Origin: Elusimicrobia bacterium RIFCSPHIGHO2_02_FULL_57_9
GTDB taxonomy: Bacteria > Elusimicrobiota > Elusimicrobia > UBA1565 > UBA9628
DNA length: 27,881 bases
Assembly: GCA_001800015.1 (NCBI GenBank)
Contig: MGUO01000138.1
Span: forward strand, 1-27,881
Direction: 5' to 3'
Below the pieces are notes generated by a model. It worked only from the letters and a program-made list of their open reading frames with translations. It was not told the DNA's origin and did not search any database. A program made the translations under genes and the position numbers. Of the stretch, positions 24,870-27,881 are shown one piece after another (within the stretch, counting starts at the first letter, position 1; each line of letters starts with the position of its first letter).

Positions 24870-25793
24870 TCAATTTTGAATTAATTTTAGCGGTTTTTTA
24901 ACGCGCATGTCCGGTAGTCCCGCGCCCTCCTGCGCGGCTGCCTGCGCCCAGGCGATGATGCGGCCGTCGGGAAGCGCGGGCTTGCCGTCGTATCTGATGA
25001 ACAGTCCGTTCAAGGCTTTGGGAATCCTGGCGCCGATTTCCCCGCGGGTCAGTTCCATGGGAACAACGATGACCGGGCTGCCGCTGCGCAGGCTTCTGAT
25101 TTTTTGGCGCAGCGCTCCTTCCGCCTTTTCCCGTTCGGCCTGCTTGAGATTAATGGGCAGGGCCTCGGCCGCGACGGTTTGAAAGCCCCCTTTGCGCTTA
25201 ACCTGTTCGGCCAGGGCGTTGACCGTGCTCTCCCAATGCTGCCGATCCTCTTTGGAATGGGGGGGCGAGCCGATTAAGAGCACGGTCTCGCGAGCGGAAT
25301 TTCGGCTCAGGGATTTGGCTCGCGTAGTCAGAATATCGCCTAAAATCGAGTGATCATCAAGGGCCTTGGTCATGGCCAGGGGTAATTTATTTTGAATAGG
25401 CTTGGCGGAGGAAAACCCCATCTTATATCGGGCTTCTTGGGCGTGCTCCTTGGCCGCTTTGGGATTGAGGCCCAAGAGGAACCGGTTTTGATCCATTATT
25501 TCGGAATGGGAATAAAGGAATAACGGCACAGCCACGATTTTTTGGACGCGCTCGGCTTTGAGGGCATCCACCCCGTTTTGCAGTTCCTTGCGGTCTGCCA
25601 AGCCCGCCGCGGCCTTAACGGGATATTGGAGCGAAAGCTTGCGGCGTATGGCGTCGACCGTCGTTTCCCACAGCGGATCCGAACCTTCATAAAGCAGAAG
25701 TATTCCCAGTGGCTTGGGTGAAAACGGGTGGGAATATTGGTCCGCCGCGCAGGTTAGGGGAAAGCTTAACAGCCACGCCAAAACAAACTTCAC
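24870..25793 (-). CDS. Exported CbiX/SirB (class II chelatase)-fold protein with degenerate metal ligands, 307 aa
   Basis: Signal-peptide-like N-terminus; GILLLYEGS, KIVAVPLFLYSHS, ALDDHSILGDIL, ETVLLIG, VIVVPMEL and a two-lobed repeat resemble CbiX; GTG start in a GTGA overlap. Confidence 0.65.
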   Translation of the reverse strand: MKFVLAWLLSFPLTCAADQYSHPFSPKPLGILLLYEGSDPLWETTVDAIRRKLSLQYPVKAAAGLADRKELQNGVDALKAERVQKIVAVPLFLYSHSEIMDQNRFLLGLNPKAAKEHAQEARYKMGFSSAKPIQNKLPLAMTKALDDHSILGDILTTRAKSLSRNSARETVLLIGSPPHSKEDRQHWESTVNALAEQVKRKGGFQTVAAEALPINLKQAEREKAEGALRQKIRSLRSGSPVIVVPMELTRGEIGARIPKALNGLFIRYDGKPALPDGRIIAWAQAAAQEGAGLPDMRVKKPLKLIQN

Positions 25794-26200
25794 TTTTTCT
25801 TGGCCAGAGCCGCGTCCACCCGCTCATGCAGCTCTTGGAGGCTGATCGGCTTGGAAACAAAATCATCCCCCCCGCTTAAAGCTGAAATCAGCTTGTCCTG
25901 TTGGGCCTCGCGCGCCGTTAAAAAGAGCACGGGCGTGCGGCAGTCTTTTTCCAGAGCCCGTATGGCCTTGCAGGCGGCTAATCCATCCAGGACCGGCATC
26001 ATCACATCCATGATGATCAAATCCGGCTTCTCGGCCTTGAATTGAGCAAGAGCCTCACGGCCGTCGGCGGCGGTTATGGTGTCGTAGTTAAGGCGCCCCA
26101 TCTGGGTCGCGAGAATTTCGCGGATTGAAGGGTCGTCGTCGACAATGAGGATTTTCTTTCGTTGAATTTTCGGGCCGCTGGGCCTATTTTTAGGGGTCAT
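25790..26200 (-). CDS. Single-domain response regulator (receiver only), 136 aa
   Basis: ILIVDDD, phospho-acceptor DLIIMDVMMP, FLTA, DDFVSKP; no output domain. Start placed at ATG 26200. Confidence 0.92.
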   Translation of the reverse strand: MTPKNRPSGPKIQRKKILIVDDDPSIREILATQMGRLNYDTITAADGREALAQFKAEKPDLIIMDVMMPVLDGLAACKAIRALEKDCRTPVLFLTAREAQQDKLISALSGGDDFVSKPISLQELHERVDAALAKKK

Positions 26201-27485
26201 AAATCCAAAGCGAGGATTGGCCCGAACTGCCAACCACGGCTACGGCCAGATCATGAGGCTGCGCGGGGTCCGGAACCAGCGCCAGGGCCGTGGAATAACC
26301 GCCTAAATCCGTTTTCCAATCGTTGGAAAGGCTGACCCCGTTCCAGGTTTTACGCTGGACCTCGGCATTTTGAAACAAACCGAAAGGTTCCGACAGGCTG
26401 CCCAGCATGGAATTATTGCGCACCAAATAAACGGCGGCGCGCTTCTTGTCCTGATAGCCTACGGGCACCGGCGGATGGAATTCAAGCAAGCGGCCCTGCC
26501 AGCGGATGCGGGATGGGGTTTGGCCGTAGGCCTCGGGCGTGGCCCAAGACCCGCGCTTAAAATGAAGTTTTAAGCGATGGGTGTTGGTGAAGCGCAGCAG
26601 GGCCGGCGTTCCATCGAAATCGGCCTGGGTAAAATCATAAATCCAGTCGACGTATTTATACCGGATGGCGCCTTTGCCGGCGGCATATTTGCCTTCGTTA
26701 AAAACCAAGGGGTAAATGGCCGAGAATGGGAATGTCGGGTCTTCCACCAACTGTTGGACCGCCAATAGCGCGCGTCCATCGGCATTTTGATGGGCGCGCA
26801 CGGCCCAGGGAAGTTCCGCTATTTTCTCCCAGTTATTGCCGTTGAGCTCCAAAATGGAGGTTTCAAGCCTTCCGAGGACTTCGTTAAAAAGCGTGACGAA
26901 CAATTCGGCTTTCCCATTGCCGTTAAGATCCGCCGATTCCAGAGCAAGAAGGCGCGGCGCGGTTCCGGGCTGGGCGAACTCGGCCAGCGGTTTGGGATCT
27001 TGGGGCGGATAGGAATAGAGATAAACCTTTTTGGAATCCGCCAAAGCCAGTGTCATTTTGCCGTCGCCCGCGAAATTAGCCACGGCCATGCCGGTGATTT
27101 TATAGTCGAAAACCGGGCTTTTCCAGCGCGGGGCCCGCGCCGGGGTCTGCCCGTCGGTCTGGGCCGGCGGTGCCGACAAGCGCGCGCGCATGCCGGGCTT
27201 TACGGTCGGGGCTTGCGCCGACAGTTTGCCTATGGAATACTGTTCCTTGATTTCCTGAAGGGTACCTTCGGCGATTTTATTTTCCATGCGGCCCAGCGAT
27301 TTCCCCGTGACCGGATGCTTGAGCTGCGCGCCTTCGGTATAGACTTCAAAGGCCCGGCCTGGCGCCGCTCCATTTTTTTCGTTAAAATCAAGATAAACCA
27401 ACCCGGAATCAACCCGAACTACGTAGCCTGTCGCCCCGAAGGCGGAAGTCGGGAAAAGAGCAAGCAAACAGAGCAGGCGGCCCAT
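26190..27485 (-). CDS. Secreted protein with FlgT_C-like N-terminal domain and FG-GAP/VCBS-like repeats, 431 aa
   Basis: Signal peptide; VYLD...FEVY...LKHPVTGKSLG...YSIGK resembles FlgT C-terminal-like domains; AVANFAGDGK and ESADLNGNGKAELFV are FG-GAP/VCBS-type repeats. Domain calls are by eye. Confidence 0.7.
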   Translation of the reverse strand: MGRLLCLLALFPTSAFGATGYVVRVDSGLVYLDFNEKNGAAPGRAFEVYTEGAQLKHPVTGKSLGRMENKIAEGTLQEIKEQYSIGKLSAQAPTVKPGMRARLSAPPAQTDGQTPARAPRWKSPVFDYKITGMAVANFAGDGKMTLALADSKKVYLYSYPPQDPKPLAEFAQPGTAPRLLALESADLNGNGKAELFVTLFNEVLGRLETSILELNGNNWEKIAELPWAVRAHQNADGRALLAVQQLVEDPTFPFSAIYPLVFNEGKYAAGKGAIRYKYVDWIYDFTQADFDGTPALLRFTNTHRLKLHFKRGSWATPEAYGQTPSRIRWQGRLLEFHPPVPVGYQDKKRAAVYLVRNNSMLGSLSEPFGLFQNAEVQRKTWNGVSLSNDWKTDLGGYSTALALVPDPAQPHDLAVAVVGSSGQSSLWIYDP

Positions 27486-27492
27486 AATTCAG

Positions 27493-27501
27493 AGGTTACC
27501 A
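27493..27501 (-). promoter_or_regulatory. Putative extended -10 promoter (leaderless start)
   Basis: TG-G-TAACCT on the minus strand, 7 nt before ATG 27485; no SD. Confidence 0.45.
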
Positions 27502-27507
27502 TTTTTA

Positions 27508-27516
27508 TGTTAAAAT
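27508..27516 (+). promoter_or_regulatory. Putative extended -10 promoter, divergent
   Basis: TG-T-TAAAAT. Confidence 0.35.
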
Positions 27517-27521
27517 GCGCC

Positions 27522-27881
27522 ATGTCGCAGACGTACGTTTATCCTACCCGCAAGACGGCAACCGCGCAGGACTTAATGACAATCATCACGCGTTCTTGCG
27601 AATCGCAATTGCAGCGATCATCCCAGTTTCTGCCTCGAAAAAACGGGGTCCAAAGGCTTTGCCTGGAATCCCCTTTTGTGTTTTTGGGCCTCGGTCTTGC
27701 CTGCATAGCGCGGTTAGCGCCGTCCCAGCCGATGTTGGATTTCCAAGCTTGGGCCTTATCCAAGCTGGCTAGCCCGAATTATTATCCTTTTGACGCGGCC
27801 TCCGCCGTCCTTCGCAACGGCGCGGCCCTGGCCGCGCGTTTGGCCGGGGAAACCGGCCGGGAGCCCGCTTTGATGGCCCTG
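27522..27881 (+). CDS. Hypothetical protein, 3'-truncated by the window edge; start uncertain
   Basis: My translation shows no stop from ATG 27522 (also in-frame ATG 27507 and 27576) to the end: MSQTYVYP...FVFLGLGLACIARLAP...LARLAGETGREPALMAL. Not in the ORF track because it has no stop. Confidence 0.45.
   Translation, partial: MSQTYVYPTRKTATAQDLMTIITRSCESQLQRSSQFLPRKNGVQRLCLESPFVFLGLGLACIARLAPSQPMLDFQAWALSKLASPNYYPFDAASAVLRNGAALAARLAGETGREPALMAL

Noticed and set aside
26201-26233. Response regulator start at 26233
   Set aside because: ATG 26200 gives a shorter overlap consistent with coupling; the extra residues look non-functional.
1-27881. Mobile element, prophage, defence island or toxin-antitoxin system
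   Set aside because: No transposase, integrase, phage, nuclease-effector or Cas motifs; conserved housekeeping synteny and no obvious compositional break by eye.

Overview
Mostly a housekeeping region of a moderately GC-rich diderm bacterium. The gene content and style suggest Elusimicrobiota, but that is an impression and not a search result. Left to right: 3' end of a cystathionine gamma-synthase/lyase gene; a cluster of interlocked inverted repeats; an orphan secreted protein; a minus-strand anmK-ogt-(EEP-fold)-lipoprotein operon; a divergent intergenic region with two perfect inverted DnaA boxes; nadK-recN-gltX-dksA; a large GYF_2-like/coiled-coil/Pro-rich/TM protein directly before pilB-pilT-pilC; a shortened uvrC; rpsT converging on leuS-lptE-holA; a seven-gene minus-strand run (FlgT_C-like/FG-GAP protein, single-domain response regulator, exported CbiX-fold protein, thyX, glgC, phoH, ybeY); and the 5' part of an unknown ORF. 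I found no rRNA, tRNA, CRISPR array, transposase or integrase. No complete new system can be demonstrated from sequence alone. The best leads are the GYF-like protein as an uncharacterised type IV pilus accessory factor carrying in-frame hairpin repeats, the DnaA-box hairpin, two exported enzyme-fold proteins that have lost catalytic residues, an apparent ATA start codon, and widespread leaderless or short-leader gene starts.
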